From IMG/VR virus record IMGVR_UViG_3300031555_004728, positions 96,001 through 160,000 of that record: a DNA stretch of 64,000 nt. The stretch is one strand, 5' to 3'. The DNA is from a virus. Lineage: Duplodnaviria > Caudoviricetes. The position numbers and the translations under genes were made by a program. A model generated the notes under the pieces. The model worked only from the letters and a program-made list of their open reading frames with translations, was not told the origin of the DNA and did no database searches. Each line of letters starts with the position of its first letter. The first letter of the stretch is position 1. This document shows positions 9,118-19,104 of this stretch, in pieces.

Positions 9118-10766
9118 TCTTCATCGATATCAATAGCAACTCTTTCAGTGTGGGTCTTACAATGTGGACAAACCACATTTTCGAGTGCAAATTGATAGAA
9201 GTAGTCTTCTTCAGTTTGTCTCATGATATTATAAATGATATCATAATCAATCATTGGTAAATTGTAAATGATATCACAAATATCTTCGATATTATCATTT
9301 CTAAGTGTGTATTCACCATTTTCTTGGAAGTATACTGCACTTACATAATGAGTAGCCATTGAAATAGCTGCTCTACATCTTACATCATCATTCTTATATT
9401 TTTCAGCCATCAATGTCTCAAGATTATTGATGTACGGAAGTACATAATGAATAGTTTCAAAAGCTGAACGTAAACCAACTTCAATAGCAACACCACTTCC
9501 TGGAAGTTTGATAATTTGCTTTTCAATAATTGAAGATTTATTGTGATATTCCATTGCTTTTTCACCACTAAGACTTCCTGTAGTTTCCATAATCTCTAAG
9601 AATCTAGGGCTTAAATCTTTAATAAGTAAAAGATTTCTTGGACTGAATGATTTTGTAAATGTCTTTTTACAACCTTCTGCACCACATGAAAGATTAATCT
9701 CTAAAGTTTCTGGATTTGTTGCAATGTAAATTCCATATGTAGCAAGGTCCAAATCTCTAATAGAGAAGTTTCTTAAGAAGTCATCATATGTTGGAAATAA
9801 TCCAATTGATGATTCTACAATAGCATTATAGATAACTGATAATTTTCTGTTTAAAGTATCAACATCTGTAATTTCACTACTAAGAGTTAGATTAGTAAAC
9901 TCACCAAATGTAAGTCCTCTAATTTTTGCTCTAAATCTAGATGCAACAAATGTCATCGTAGCTGCTTCTCCAATATTTTGATGCATATTGGTTGTGTATG
10001 TTTTCATGAAGTTTTCGTCAGGTCTTCTAACTCTACCAGTATCTACATTGATTTTATTTAAAAATACTAATTCAATTGAATTAGATTTAGAAAGTTTTTC
10101 TCTTTCTTCCTCAGTAAAATCAATAATAGTTGTTGTATCTGGTTTAATACCAGTTTTATCAATAACAACTTTTGTTTCTGAAACTTCAGTTTCTGGTGCA
10201 ACTGTAGATTCAGGATTTTTAACAACCCTTTCAATAGGACTATTAAATTGTGAAGTTTCCGATTTAGCACGGAATAATCCACCATCGCCAATAGTTCCAT
10301 CTCCATTAGCAACAACTGTATCAGGTGTAATATCAGAACCTAATACTTCATCTTCATCAACCTTATGGACTGCGCCACTAGATACCTTATTAGCATCTTT
10401 AATTTGGTCGATATCAAGTTCATCAAGTTTATGCATGAGTTCAGCCATTTCGATGTCTGATTTAGGCACTTCTGTAACAGAAACCATTTTTGCTTTTTCA
10501 ATCATAACATCCATTTCTCTGAGAGTTTCTTTTACAGCTTCTTCTCTCTCATCTGTCATTGACCCACCATTTTTAGCACCATCATCATCATTGTTTTGAA
10601 TGATTAAACCTTTTCCACGTGCTTCCTGCATTTGTTGTAGTGGTGTTTTTACTACTTGTCTTAACTCTTCTTGATCAGAAGGTGTTTCTGATTTTGTAGT
10701 AGTAGCATTTCTAAATAATGCTTCAACGTCAAGATTTGTATCCTGAGTAATTTTTGTTTCACTCAT
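9051..10766 (-). CDS. Baseplate hub/tail assembly protein (T4 gp26-like), Zn-binding Cys pairs
   Basis: 571 aa; LSCGAEGCKK and VVCPHCK motifs; adjacent to gp25-like gene. Confidence 0.6.
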   Translation of the reverse strand: MSETKITQDTNLDVEALFRNATTTKSETPSDQEELRQVVKTPLQQMQEARGKGLIIQNNDDDGAKNGGSMTDEREEAVKETLREMDVMIEKAKMVSVTEVPKSDIEMAELMHKLDELDIDQIKDANKVSSGAVHKVDEDEVLGSDITPDTVVANGDGTIGDGGLFRAKSETSQFNSPIERVVKNPESTVAPETEVSETKVVIDKTGIKPDTTTIIDFTEEEREKLSKSNSIELVFLNKINVDTGRVRRPDENFMKTYTTNMHQNIGEAATMTFVASRFRAKIRGLTFGEFTNLTLSSEITDVDTLNRKLSVIYNAIVESSIGLFPTYDDFLRNFSIRDLDLATYGIYIATNPETLEINLSCGAEGCKKTFTKSFSPRNLLLIKDLSPRFLEIMETTGSLSGEKAMEYHNKSSIIEKQIIKLPGSGVAIEVGLRSAFETIHYVLPYINNLETLMAEKYKNDDVRCRAAISMATHYVSAVYFQENGEYTLRNDNIEDICDIIYNLPMIDYDIIYNIMRQTEEDYFYQFALENVVCPHCKTHTERVAIDIDEEVFQRYQEQGNTVIDPESLPRL

Positions 10767-10802
10767 ATTTTAAACTTCCTTTCTGTTTAATTTCTTATTA
10801 AA

Positions 10803-11219
10803 TTATTCATCCGCCCATGTAAAATTATATTTAATCTGTTTACCAGATTGCATAATTCCTATAAGCAGACTTTTACTTGTTTTCTTAATAATCGTCGGTA
10901 TTTTAAGTAATAATACCGGTGTATCTACATCATTTGCATCTTTTAATACAGATTTGATTATATCAAATTCCCCATTTTTTACAACTTGAGTAAATGAAGA
11001 GCACGTAGATATTAGTTCATTTTTTAATTCACTCTCATCTATATCATCATAAAATGACATGACTAAATCTGGAATATTCATACCAAAATTAGGCATTGTT
11101 GGATAAGAGCCTGGTTTTGCAAAAAGAACTGCTAGTATATTTCTAGCAAGAGTCTCTGTTTCTGAATATGATTTCGGAGTACCAAAATTACTGGTTCCGA
11201 ATGCAGGATCAAAACTCAT
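10803..11219 (-). CDS. Baseplate wedge protein, gp25-like
   Basis: Start moved to MSFDPAF (AAAGGT SD); ILAVLFAKPGSYPTMPNFGMNI resembles the gp25 TxPGERxxxPxFG motif. Confidence 0.65.
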   Translation of the reverse strand: MSFDPAFGTSNFGTPKSYSETETLARNILAVLFAKPGSYPTMPNFGMNIPDLVMSFYDDIDESELKNELISTCSSFTQVVKNGEFDIIKSVLKDANDVDTPVLLLKIPTIIKKTSKSLLIGIMQSGKQIKYNFTWADE

Positions 11220-11339
11220 ATTTTTATACCAACCTTTCTTATTCAAGTGTATTTTTGATAATAATTTATTGAAAAATAAGAGAATACAAATAATTTGTAT
11301 TCTCTTATTCATATTAAAATATTGTCATTGTAATTAATA

Positions 11340-11696
11340 TTATACACCTATAGCTTGCCATAATATACCATATCTAAATCCTATAGATTGGACTCTAACA
11401 GAAAATATCATATGTGCATTATCTAATGCAGTAATCCAAATATTTTCATTAGAAAATCCTGTTAAATTCAAAAATGATACAACAGGGGTTGTATTAAATG
11501 GTTGTTTAAAACTTATTTCAAATGGATACCATGCATGGGCATCAAGATCTGATTGTGTATTAGCTGTCCAATACACATGTCCCCTTTCTATATGAGATAT
11601 TCCGAAATTAATAACCATCTCACTTTCTAATTCACCAAATGTATAATTCCATGATATTGCATGCTCTATATCTATTAACATCTCTTCTTGGTTGCA
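11340..11696 (-). CDS. Cassette 3: H-type-lectin/gp53-like fibre tip domain
   Basis: CNQEE then MLIDIEH...FEISFKQPFNTTPVV...WQAIGV*. Confidence 0.75.
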   Translation of the reverse strand, partial: CNQEEMLIDIEHAISWNYTFGELESEMVINFGISHIERGHVYWTANTQSDLDAHAWYPFEISFKQPFNTTPVVSFLNLTGFSNENIWITALDNAHMIFSVRVQSIGFRYGILWQAIGV

Positions 11697-11773
11697 GTTT
11701 TGTTAAGTAAGATTTCTATAAACATCGGTAATTATCGATAACTAGAGAAATTTAACTTAATAAAATTGGTTCC
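11690..11773 (-). repeat. 84-bp hairpin repeat copy 3
   Basis: Consensus match with a few substitutions. Confidence 0.95.
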
Positions 11774-11796
11774 CCTCTCCCTCTATCACCTACTTA

Positions 11797-12141
11797 CTAA
11801 ATACCGAATGCATTCCATATTACTCTGTAATCAAATCCATTTGTCATAGTTCTTATAAAAAACGTCATTCCACCTCTTGAAACTGATTGCACCATTACAT
11901 TTTCATTTGAAAAATAGGAGTGTTGATTTATTGTAACACATGGAATACAGATAAAAGGTTGCTTAAATGTTATTTCAAAACCATGCCATGGATTTCCATC
12001 AACATTAGATGGTGTACAACTGACTACACCTCTTTCATAATGCCAAATACCAATATTTGTAATTTCTCCATAATCTGTTATAATTTCAGAATTATATGAT
12101 ATAGCACTCTCTATATCCAATAACATCTCTTGTTGATTGCA
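11797..12141 (-). CDS. Cassette 4: paralogue of cassette 3
   Basis: CNQQE then MLLDIES...FEITFKQPFICIPCV...WNAFGI*. Confidence 0.75.
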   Translation of the reverse strand, partial: CNQQEMLLDIESAISYNSEIITDYGEITNIGIWHYERGVVSCTPSNVDGNPWHGFEITFKQPFICIPCVTINQHSYFSNENVMVQSVSRGGMTFFIRTMTNGFDYRVIWNAFGI

Positions 12142-12218
12142 GTTTTGTTAAGTAAGATTTCTGTAAACATCGTAAATTACCGATAACTAGAGAAAGTTAA
12201 CTTAACAAAATTGGTTCC
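12135..12218 (-). repeat. 84-bp hairpin repeat copy 4
   Basis: Loop allele shared with copy 8. Confidence 0.97.
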
Positions 12219-12311
12219 CACCCATCAATTTAAGTTCAATGATACATTATTTATATAGTAAGGAGTTCAAATATATTAATCACCAATAATAAATAAAGCG
12301 AGGTGACAGAT

Positions 12312-12491
12312 ATGTTTGATTTTAATGAATTTAATAGATTGAAAAATGAATGTGAAGGATATGATATTTATCCTTCACATTCTTCAATCAAGTTCGGTTC
12401 TATTAAGTTAGGTTCTTACGAATCTGATAAACTCGATAGAACCATCAATCACTTAGGTCAACTATATAAAAAGACCTATGGTATAGATTAA
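12312..12491 (+). CDS. Small hypothetical protein
   Basis: GAGGTG SD, early-type motif upstream, terminator downstream. Confidence 0.6.
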   Translation: MFDFNEFNRLKNECEGYDIYPSHSSIKFGSIKLGSYESDKLDRTINHLGQLYKKTYGID

Positions 12492-12535
12492 AGGAGTTTT
12501 AAACTCCTTTAATTTTTTGTTATATTTTTAGTTAA

Positions 12536-12862
12536 TTATACAGAATAATCATCTTCTGTATAATACATTATAGTTGTATGAAATTCACCATATATATCAG
12601 AACCAGTATTTTTCCCATAAACAGTAATAGTATTATTTTGTACCAGTATTCTACAGTACCCACATATAATAGATCCATCATAAATAAATACAGGTTCAAA
12701 AACCATGAATTTAGGTTTATAACCATCTGGTATATCACTAAATGTAAGAGAAGATGCATTACCGATATATCTCAATTGTAATTCTACAAAATTTCCAATT
12801 CTGAAAAAATATGATGTTTGATTATTTATTAAAATTTCATGTGTATAAAGTTGTTGGTTGCA
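12536..12862 (-). CDS. Cassette 5: start-less fibre tip-like domain
   Basis: CNQQLYTHEIL...YFFRIGNFVELQLR...DIPDGYKP...YYTEDDYSV*. Confidence 0.75.
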   Translation of the reverse strand, partial: CNQQLYTHEILINNQTSYFFRIGNFVELQLRYIGNASSLTFSDIPDGYKPKFMVFEPVFIYDGSIICGYCRILVQNNTITVYGKNTGSDIYGEFHTTIMYYTEDDYSV

Positions 12863-12939
12863 GTTTTGTTAAGTAAGATTTCTGTAATCAAAGGAAATTA
12901 TCGATAACTAGAGAAATTTAACTTAACAAAATTGGTTCC
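12856..12939 (-). repeat. 84-bp hairpin repeat copy 5
   Basis: Loop allele shared with copy 1. Confidence 0.97.
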
Positions 12940-12998
12940 CTACTTTATTCAATAATGATATATTATTTTAGTGATAAAAATAATATGGAGGAAATATT

Positions 12999-13238
12999 AT
13001 GAAAATTCTTGTAAGCATTAGTGTAGTAATTATCATTATCGGTGCAATTACATATCAAAACTGGTCTTATAAACAATTTGGAATTCGTTGTAAAATCAAT
13101 GCTAAACATCCAAATTGGAAACCATTTTGTTGTGAAAACTTTTTAGAAAGTGACCCACAATGGTTCATTGATAATGGATATGAAAAATATGTAAGAAAGA
13201 AAATAGTTAAAAAACTTAAAAATAAGAATAGAGTATAG
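12999..13238 (+). CDS. Small protein with N-terminal membrane anchor
   Basis: GGAGG SD; ILVSISVVIIIIGAI hydrophobic segment. Confidence 0.7.
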   Translation: MKILVSISVVIIIIGAITYQNWSYKQFGIRCKINAKHPNWKPFCCENFLESDPQWFIDNGYEKYVRKKIVKKLKNKNRV

Positions 13239-13261
13239 ACTCTATTCTTATTTTTTTATAT

Positions 13262-14518
13262 TTATGGAAGAATTTCTTCTACTGGTTCTTCTTCATGTTT
13301 ATCTTCAGCAATACCAGTCTTATTAAATTCTTTAACTACTTCTTTAATAATATAGAGAAGTAATGGTGTAATAAAGAACATCTCTAAATTAGCATCAAGA
13401 TTAATTAATTCTTCATTTAAAGTTAAATCGATATCATAGATGCTAATACTATCATTTCTAATAAATTTTTTGATAAGTTTTAAATACTTAGATTCAGTAG
13501 GTCCATTCAGTTTAATAGTATTAATCGTCATATCAGGGAAAATTCTATATGGATTACTCATTCCAATATCTGATGGAATATCTACTATATAAACATTTTC
13601 ATCTGACCATCTATAAAATCCAGACTCTTTTCTGTTAAAACCATTTATAGTTGTATAATAAAATGGTTTTATTAAAGATACATCTCTTCTTTCAAAAAAT
13701 CTATAAATACTTCTTTCATATTTAAGTGACTTCTTATTATCAATTATATGATTTTCTTCTAAAAAAGTAGTTGTGATTACATTTTTCTTTTTTAGTAATT
13801 CATGCTTATTGATAAAATGCGACATGTAGGGATCATATAAAGAAAACCCACCAGGCATCTCACCTAATAATGAATTATATCTTTCACTATAAAAGATTGA
13901 CATATATAATGAAGTCATATCATTATATAACTTATCAATCTTATCTAGTTGCTCTTTAAAGTCAGATTGAATAATACATTTATTTTCAGAACCAATATTT
14001 TCTAAAATGCAAGTATAATTATCATAAACCTGTTTATTCAAACTATCTCTTCTACCATCATCAATAGAATCTAACTTAAACATGATTTTATAAAAATTAT
14101 CAGTTCTAATATTATCATTTACGATTTCTGTAATTCTAAAAATTACATTATCTCCTACATATTTGATTATGAAATAATCATTAGGAAGTGGTTTAATTGT
14201 ATTAGGTAAAATAACTGCTTCACCTTCATATGAACCATCAATACCTAAATCAGTATCTTGCCACTGTGCTAAGATTGCTTCTAATCCATATATAGGAAAT
14301 TTTTCAATTTTTTGAAATCTAAGAGGAGATGATTCTCCTATAAAACTTTCAACATCATTAAATCCAGCATCATTTGTGGATTCATTTATATTTATATGAT
14401 AATACGTAACAAACGTAGGAGTTTGTTCGATAAATCTGGCTATAGGACTATTTAATCGTTGATCTAATAACGAGACGCTATCTTCAACCAACTTTTCTTC
14501 ACTAATTAGAAAAGCCAT
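13262..14518 (-). CDS. Putative virion structural protein
   Basis: 418-aa ORF, AGGAGG SD, GACA-N6-TA variant upstream. Confidence 0.7.
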   Translation of the reverse strand: MAFLISEEKLVEDSVSLLDQRLNSPIARFIEQTPTFVTYYHININESTNDAGFNDVESFIGESSPLRFQKIEKFPIYGLEAILAQWQDTDLGIDGSYEGEAVILPNTIKPLPNDYFIIKYVGDNVIFRITEIVNDNIRTDNFYKIMFKLDSIDDGRRDSLNKQVYDNYTCILENIGSENKCIIQSDFKEQLDKIDKLYNDMTSLYMSIFYSERYNSLLGEMPGGFSLYDPYMSHFINKHELLKKKNVITTTFLEENHIIDNKKSLKYERSIYRFFERRDVSLIKPFYYTTINGFNRKESGFYRWSDENVYIVDIPSDIGMSNPYRIFPDMTINTIKLNGPTESKYLKLIKKFIRNDSISIYDIDLTLNEELINLDANLEMFFITPLLLYIIKEVVKEFNKTGIAEDKHEEEPVEEILP

Positions 14519-14609
14519 ATATTTACCCTCCTTTTAAAATAATTATAATAATGTCTTTATTATTTTTAATCGCTGATATATTATTTATTTAGAAAATGAG
14601 GTGATTTAT

Positions 14610-15056
14610 ATGAATAAAATCAATATGGGTTCAATATATGGTGTTATGCTTGATAGAGGAATTGATTTTGATGACCCAGTTAAATATTATTTTCCATTTA
14701 ATGATAAAATATATGAAAGAAATACACTTCCAAATATGAATTATTTAAAAACATTTGCTTATATTAATGAGCTTATATGTAAAGATTTAATTAAGACGAT
14801 TACTATACCATGTTATACTGAATCAATTTATGTTATGGATGAAGCTTCATATATTAATGATAACCGTATAAATATTTTTCAAAGAGCTAAAGAAAATAAT
14901 CTTGGTCTTAGACTTACAAGTACGGCTTTGGCTAATTATAGAGAGGTAAATTTAATAAAAGAAAAGCATACTATGGATAATATAATAGATATTTATGAGT
15001 ATTTATATGATCAAATTGAATGTATGGGTATTACAAATAATACAGGAGGATTATAA
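14610..15056 (+). CDS. Hypothetical protein
   Basis: GAGGTG SD; early-type motif upstream. Confidence 0.65.
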   Translation: MNKINMGSIYGVMLDRGIDFDDPVKYYFPFNDKIYERNTLPNMNYLKTFAYINELICKDLIKTITIPCYTESIYVMDEASYINDNRINIFQRAKENNLGLRLTSTALANYREVNLIKEKHTMDNIIDIYEYLYDQIECMGITNNTGGL

Positions 15057-15057
15057 A

Positions 15058-15462
15058 ATGATTTTAAAAAATTTAATAAATTTGGTTAATCCTTCATATC
15101 ATGAAGATCATTTAATATCTTTTACATATTCATTCGACCCTAAAAAAGAAAATATAGATTATAATTCTAAAACAACTGGTTCATTATTAACACTTGGAAA
15201 TAATCTTACTTACCTCACATCACAAACAATACCAGAATTTGGTCTTATTGAAACACCATCTGTTGTAACTTTTATTATACAAAGATATGTTAAATTTTTA
15301 AATACAAGAATACAACCTGAAATATCTGTTGATAATATAAATAGTTTTGTAGAATTTTTGACTGGTGAACGAATAGAATTTAATGTGATATTAGAACAAC
15401 AAGATTATTTTATGATTGATTTTGAAATATCAAAATTAAATAAAAGGATAGAAAATAGATAA
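15058..15462 (+). CDS. Hypothetical protein
   Basis: Start moved to MILKNL with AGGAGG SD. Confidence 0.65.
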   Translation: MILKNLINLVNPSYHEDHLISFTYSFDPKKENIDYNSKTTGSLLTLGNNLTYLTSQTIPEFGLIETPSVVTFIIQRYVKFLNTRIQPEISVDNINSFVEFLTGERIEFNVILEQQDYFMIDFEISKLNKRIENR

Positions 15463-15496
15463 AAAAATAAAGATGGTTTTAAAACCATCTTTATTT

Positions 15497-15805
15497 TTAG
15501 TCTTCGTTATCGTTTTTAATTTCTTCAGAAAATGCTAATTTAGAAAGGTCAATTTTTCCATATTTTTTACCTTTCTTTTTTCTTTTCTTTTTCTTCTTCT
15601 CATTCTTTTCAAGACGTTTAGTTATCTTTAACTTATCTTCTGGTGAAACAACTTCTCCAGAAATAGCATCTGCTAAGTTTCTAGGAGACCCATTAGAATA
15701 AGTACCGAATAACATCTTTTGAATGTCTTTGTTTTCACTGATATGTTTTTCTGCTTCAGTGACAAAAGAAGCACCTGCTTTAATAATTGATGAGAGTTTA
15801 CCCAT
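15497..15805 (-). CDS. Small basic (Lys-rich) hypothetical protein
   Basis: 102 aa, AAGGTGG SD, poly-Lys stretch. Confidence 0.7.
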   Translation of the reverse strand: MGKLSSIIKAGASFVTEAEKHISENKDIQKMLFGTYSNGSPRNLADAISGEVVSPEDKLKITKRLEKNEKKKKKRKKKGKKYGKIDLSKLAFSEEIKNDNED

Positions 15806-15886
15806 ATTATTTTACCACCTTTCAATTATTCATATTAATAATATATCAATTAAATATGAAATTGAAAGTTGATTTTTTTGTAAAAA

Positions 15887-16183
15887 TTATCTCCAAACAA
15901 AATAAACAATACTAACATTAAAAACACCAGAATGATTAGCATCAAAATATAAATAAACTGTATTATTTTCTCCTCTTCCATCAGTTACAGTTATTCTAGG
16001 AGAAACAAGTTGAGCATGTACTGTACATACTGCTCCAGCAATCGAACGTCCTGTTAAATGTGTTATAACTTCAGGACTTTGATAGTATACTTTACCATCT
16101 GTAAAATTTATATCAGCATTTACAATAAATATATCTACATTACTTGTATTATGTAAACCTGTAATGATCTCTTCTTGGTTGCA
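15887..16183 (-). CDS. Cassette 6: start-less beta-rich domain
   Basis: CNQEEIITGLHN...VFNVSIVYFVWR*; no ATG; missed by ORF track. Confidence 0.75.
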   Translation of the reverse strand, partial: CNQEEIITGLHNTSNVDIFIVNADINFTDGKVYYQSPEVITHLTGRSIAGAVCTVHAQLVSPRITVTDGRGENNTVYLYFDANHSGVFNVSIVYFVWR

Positions 16184-16260
16184 GTTTTGTTAAGTAAGTT
16201 TTCTGTAATCTAAGGAAAATCTCGATAACTAGAGAAAGTTAACTTAACAAAATTGGTTCC
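16177..16260 (-). repeat. 84-bp hairpin repeat copy 6
   Basis: Identical to copy 18 (opposite orientation). Confidence 0.97.
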
Positions 16261-16382
16261 CCATCCCCAAGCTCTCTCAAAAAAGTAAATATACATATGT
16301 AAATGATATATTATATATTTGAAATAAAGATTTTAATAAAAAATATAGATGACATAATAGTGATTTTAAGGAGGGAATTAGA

Positions 16383-16793
16383 ATGATAAAAGTAAATAGC
16401 GATGAAAGTTATTTAGGAAAAGATATTAGAGAGTGGTGTATGAATAAAACAGAAGATTCTAATGCAATAGAAATTAGAGAGAAATACTATTCTGACGAGG
16501 TGAAATTTAAACCAAGCGATAAGGTTTATTACTTTGTGGATTATATAAGTGCAAGTCAGTCATATAAAGAATGTGGAAGCCTTAATATGTACGGCTACAG
16601 ATTAACTAGAGATTTAGATAAATCACCAAGAAAACCAAAGTTAAAAAAAGAAAATTTAACTTTCTTTCAATGGTTAAATATTTATGAACTTATGGTAAAG
16701 AAAGAATTTAAAGATTTACCAAAATATAAACAAGATAATTACAAAAGAGAATTTGAAATGTTTAAGGCTGGAATAAGTCAATATAATAGATAA
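16383..16793 (+). CDS. Hypothetical protein
   Basis: 136 aa, AAGGAGG SD. Confidence 0.7.
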   Translation: MIKVNSDESYLGKDIREWCMNKTEDSNAIEIREKYYSDEVKFKPSDKVYYFVDYISASQSYKECGSLNMYGYRLTRDLDKSPRKPKLKKENLTFFQWLNIYELMVKKEFKDLPKYKQDNYKREFEMFKAGISQYNR

Positions 16794-16813
16794 AATAATG
16801 ATGGAGAAAAAAG

Positions 16814-16996
16814 ATGGAAGGATTTTATGTGTTAAAAAATACAAATACTGAAAAATATTACTCTGATGATAAAGATTTTATTGAACCAAATAAAAAGTTT
16901 GCGAAGAAGTTGAGAATAGGTCAAGCACAATCATTGCAACTAGGATTTAATAGATGGAATAAAAATCCTAACATTGTTATTGAACCAGCAGAGTAA
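16814..16996 (+). CDS. Small hypothetical protein
   Basis: 60 aa, GGAG SD. Confidence 0.6.
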   Translation: MEGFYVLKNTNTEKYYSDDKDFIEPNKKFAKKLRIGQAQSLQLGFNRWNKNPNIVIEPAE

Positions 16997-17014
16997 TTCA
17001 TATGAGGAATCGGT

Positions 17015-17164
17015 ATGAGAAAATCAATTATTACATTGGTAAAAGAATATGATACAGAATGGAATTATTTTTATTCTGAATATCAGAACGGAAAAAGAAT
17101 TAATAAATTTTCCTTTGAGGAGGTACAGAAATTAAGAAAAACAAAAATGGTTGTGATAGTTTAA
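17015..17164 (+). CDS. Small hypothetical protein
   Basis: 49 aa MRKSIITLVKEY..., GAGG SD; below ORF-track cutoff. Confidence 0.5.
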   Translation: MRKSIITLVKEYDTEWNYFYSEYQNGKRINKFSFEEVQKLRKTKMVVIV

Positions 17165-17289
17165 TTTTTAAATAATAATTTTATTGTGTTAAAATATAAA
17201 TATCTAAATATAGAAACTTCCAGGCAAAAAAAAAATGAAAGAAAGAGTAAACTCTTTCTTTTTTACCTTTCTATTATTTTTTACTTTAA

Positions 17290-17301
17290 AACAAAATTAT
17301 A
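17290..17301 (+). promoter_or_regulatory. Late-type promoter motif AACA-N6-TA
   Basis: AACAAAATTATA upstream of endolysin; also at 21236(-), 23872, 28139(-), 34257(-), 34727, 38360(-), 39253, 41562, 63587(-). Confidence 0.65.
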
Positions 17302-17332
17302 AATTAAAAATTAAAAGAAAGGTGGAATAATT

Positions 17333-19066
17333 ATGAGTAATAAATTATTCATTATCACCGGTCATGGTGCTGGTGACCCTGGTGCTTGTGGAAATGGTTA
17401 CCAAGAGTATGAAAGAGTTCGTACATTGGCAAAACGTTGCAAAGCACTTGGTGGAGATAACGTAATGGTTTCAGAAGAAAATAGAAACTATTATAAAGAT
17501 AACGGAATTACTAATTTGACACTTTCTAAAGACTGGTTATTATGTGAATTCCATATGGATAGTAGTACGAGTTCATCTGCTAGAGGTGCTCATGTTATTA
17601 TTTGGGGTAATTATAAAGCTGATGCCTATGATGAAAAATTAGCTGCATTCTTATCAGGAATTCTCCCAGGACGTAGTTCTACTATTGTTGGTAGAACCAA
17701 TTTAGCAAATCCAAAGAGAGCTGCTAATAAGGGATATAACTACAGACTTATTGAAATTGGATTCATTTCAAATGCAACAGATGTAAGCATTTTCAATTCT
17801 AAAATGGATGAAATTGCTAAAGGTATTTTGGAATGTTTCGGTGTTGAACTTGTTCAAAATGTAGTTGTTCAACAACCAACAAATCAAAATTCACAGTTAT
17901 ATCGTGTTCGTAAAACATGGGAAGATGCTAAATCACAACTTGGTGCTTATGCAAATCTAGAAAATGCTAAAAAGAAATGTGATGAAAATGAAGGTTATTC
18001 TGTATTTGATGCATCTGGTAAAGTTGTGTATACAAAAGCAACAACTTCTACAACGACTGATATCATTTACAGAATTCGTAAAACATGGGCTGATGCAGGT
18101 TCCCAAAAGGGTGCTTACAGAAATCTTGAAAGTGCTAAGAATATTTGTGATCAAAACCCAGGATATTCTGTATTTGATGAAGATGGAAATGCAGTTTATA
18201 CAAGTAAAGTAGAAACTACAACTCCTCCAGCTACAGAAGAACCTAAGGTTGAAGAACCGAAAGAAGAAGTGATTCAAAAACCAGAAGCTCCTGAAGCAGT
18301 TGATATTAGTCCTCTTAAAGGATTTACTAAAGAGCAATTCATTGAATATGTTGGTTCTTTAGCTAAGACTGATATGGCTAATACTGGTATTCTTGCATCA
18401 GTTACAATTGCTCAGGCTATATTAGAATCTGCATGGGGACAATCTGAATTGTCTCTTAAAGCAAACAACTTATTCGGTATGAAATCTACACTTTCTGGTA
18501 ATACGTGGCAAAGTGCATGGACTGGAGAGATTTATGCTAAATGGTCAAATGAAGAAGTAAATGGACAAATGGTTCCATATTATTCTGACTTTAGAGCATA
18601 TGCTACAGTAGCAGAATCAATTGCTGACCATAGTGCATATCTTTGTGGTGCTAAGAAAGGTAGTGTATACCGTTATGAAGGTTTAATCGGTGAAACTGAT
18701 TATACCAAAGCAATTCAACTTATTAAAGATGGTGGATATGCTACAGATAGTGCATATGTATCAAAAGTTGTAAATATTATTGAAACTTATAAATTATATG
18801 AGTTTGATATTGATGATAAAGATGAAGAATCTGAAAATCAAGAATTTACAGAAAATGATAAAGTTGAAGAAACTCCAGAAATGGATCCAGTAGTAGATAA
18901 TGAAAACGATGTTGTTGAAAATGAACCTTCTGATGAAGAGGAAGAAAATATTCCTGAACCAACACCAGAAGAACCAGATGATGAAAAAGCAAATTTAATT
19001 GCTAAATTTATCATTAATATTTTCAAAGCATTAGTTAAAATTCTTGCTGGTTTATTCAAAAAATAA
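17333..19066 (+). CDS. Bifunctional lysin: Amidase_3 plus two cell-wall-binding repeats plus GH73 glucosaminidase
   Basis: GHGAGDPGA..E, EFHMDS, LIEIGFISN (Zn amidase); two YRxRKTWxDAxSQxGAY repeats; AQAILESAWG, NNLFGMK, GYATD (GH73). Confidence 0.9.
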   Translation: MSNKLFIITGHGAGDPGACGNGYQEYERVRTLAKRCKALGGDNVMVSEENRNYYKDNGITNLTLSKDWLLCEFHMDSSTSSSARGAHVIIWGNYKADAYDEKLAAFLSGILPGRSSTIVGRTNLANPKRAANKGYNYRLIEIGFISNATDVSIFNSKMDEIAKGILECFGVELVQNVVVQQPTNQNSQLYRVRKTWEDAKSQLGAYANLENAKKKCDENEGYSVFDASGKVVYTKATTSTTTDIIYRIRKTWADAGSQKGAYRNLESAKNICDQNPGYSVFDEDGNAVYTSKVETTTPPATEEPKVEEPKEEVIQKPEAPEAVDISPLKGFTKEQFIEYVGSLAKTDMANTGILASVTIAQAILESAWGQSELSLKANNLFGMKSTLSGNTWQSAWTGEIYAKWSNEEVNGQMVPYYSDFRAYATVAESIADHSAYLCGAKKGSVYRYEGLIGETDYTKAIQLIKDGGYATDSAYVSKVVNIIETYKLYEFDIDDKDEESENQEFTENDKVEETPEMDPVVDNENDVVENEPSDEEEENIPEPTPEEPDDEKANLIAKFIINIFKALVKILAGLFKK

Positions 19067-19070
19067 AAAT

Positions 19071-19104
19071 AAGATACCTAGTAGAAAAATCTACTAGGTA
19101 TCTT
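19071..19104. terminator. Bidirectional intrinsic terminator
   Basis: AAGATACCTAGTAGA-N4-TCTACTAGGTATCTT. Confidence 0.75.
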
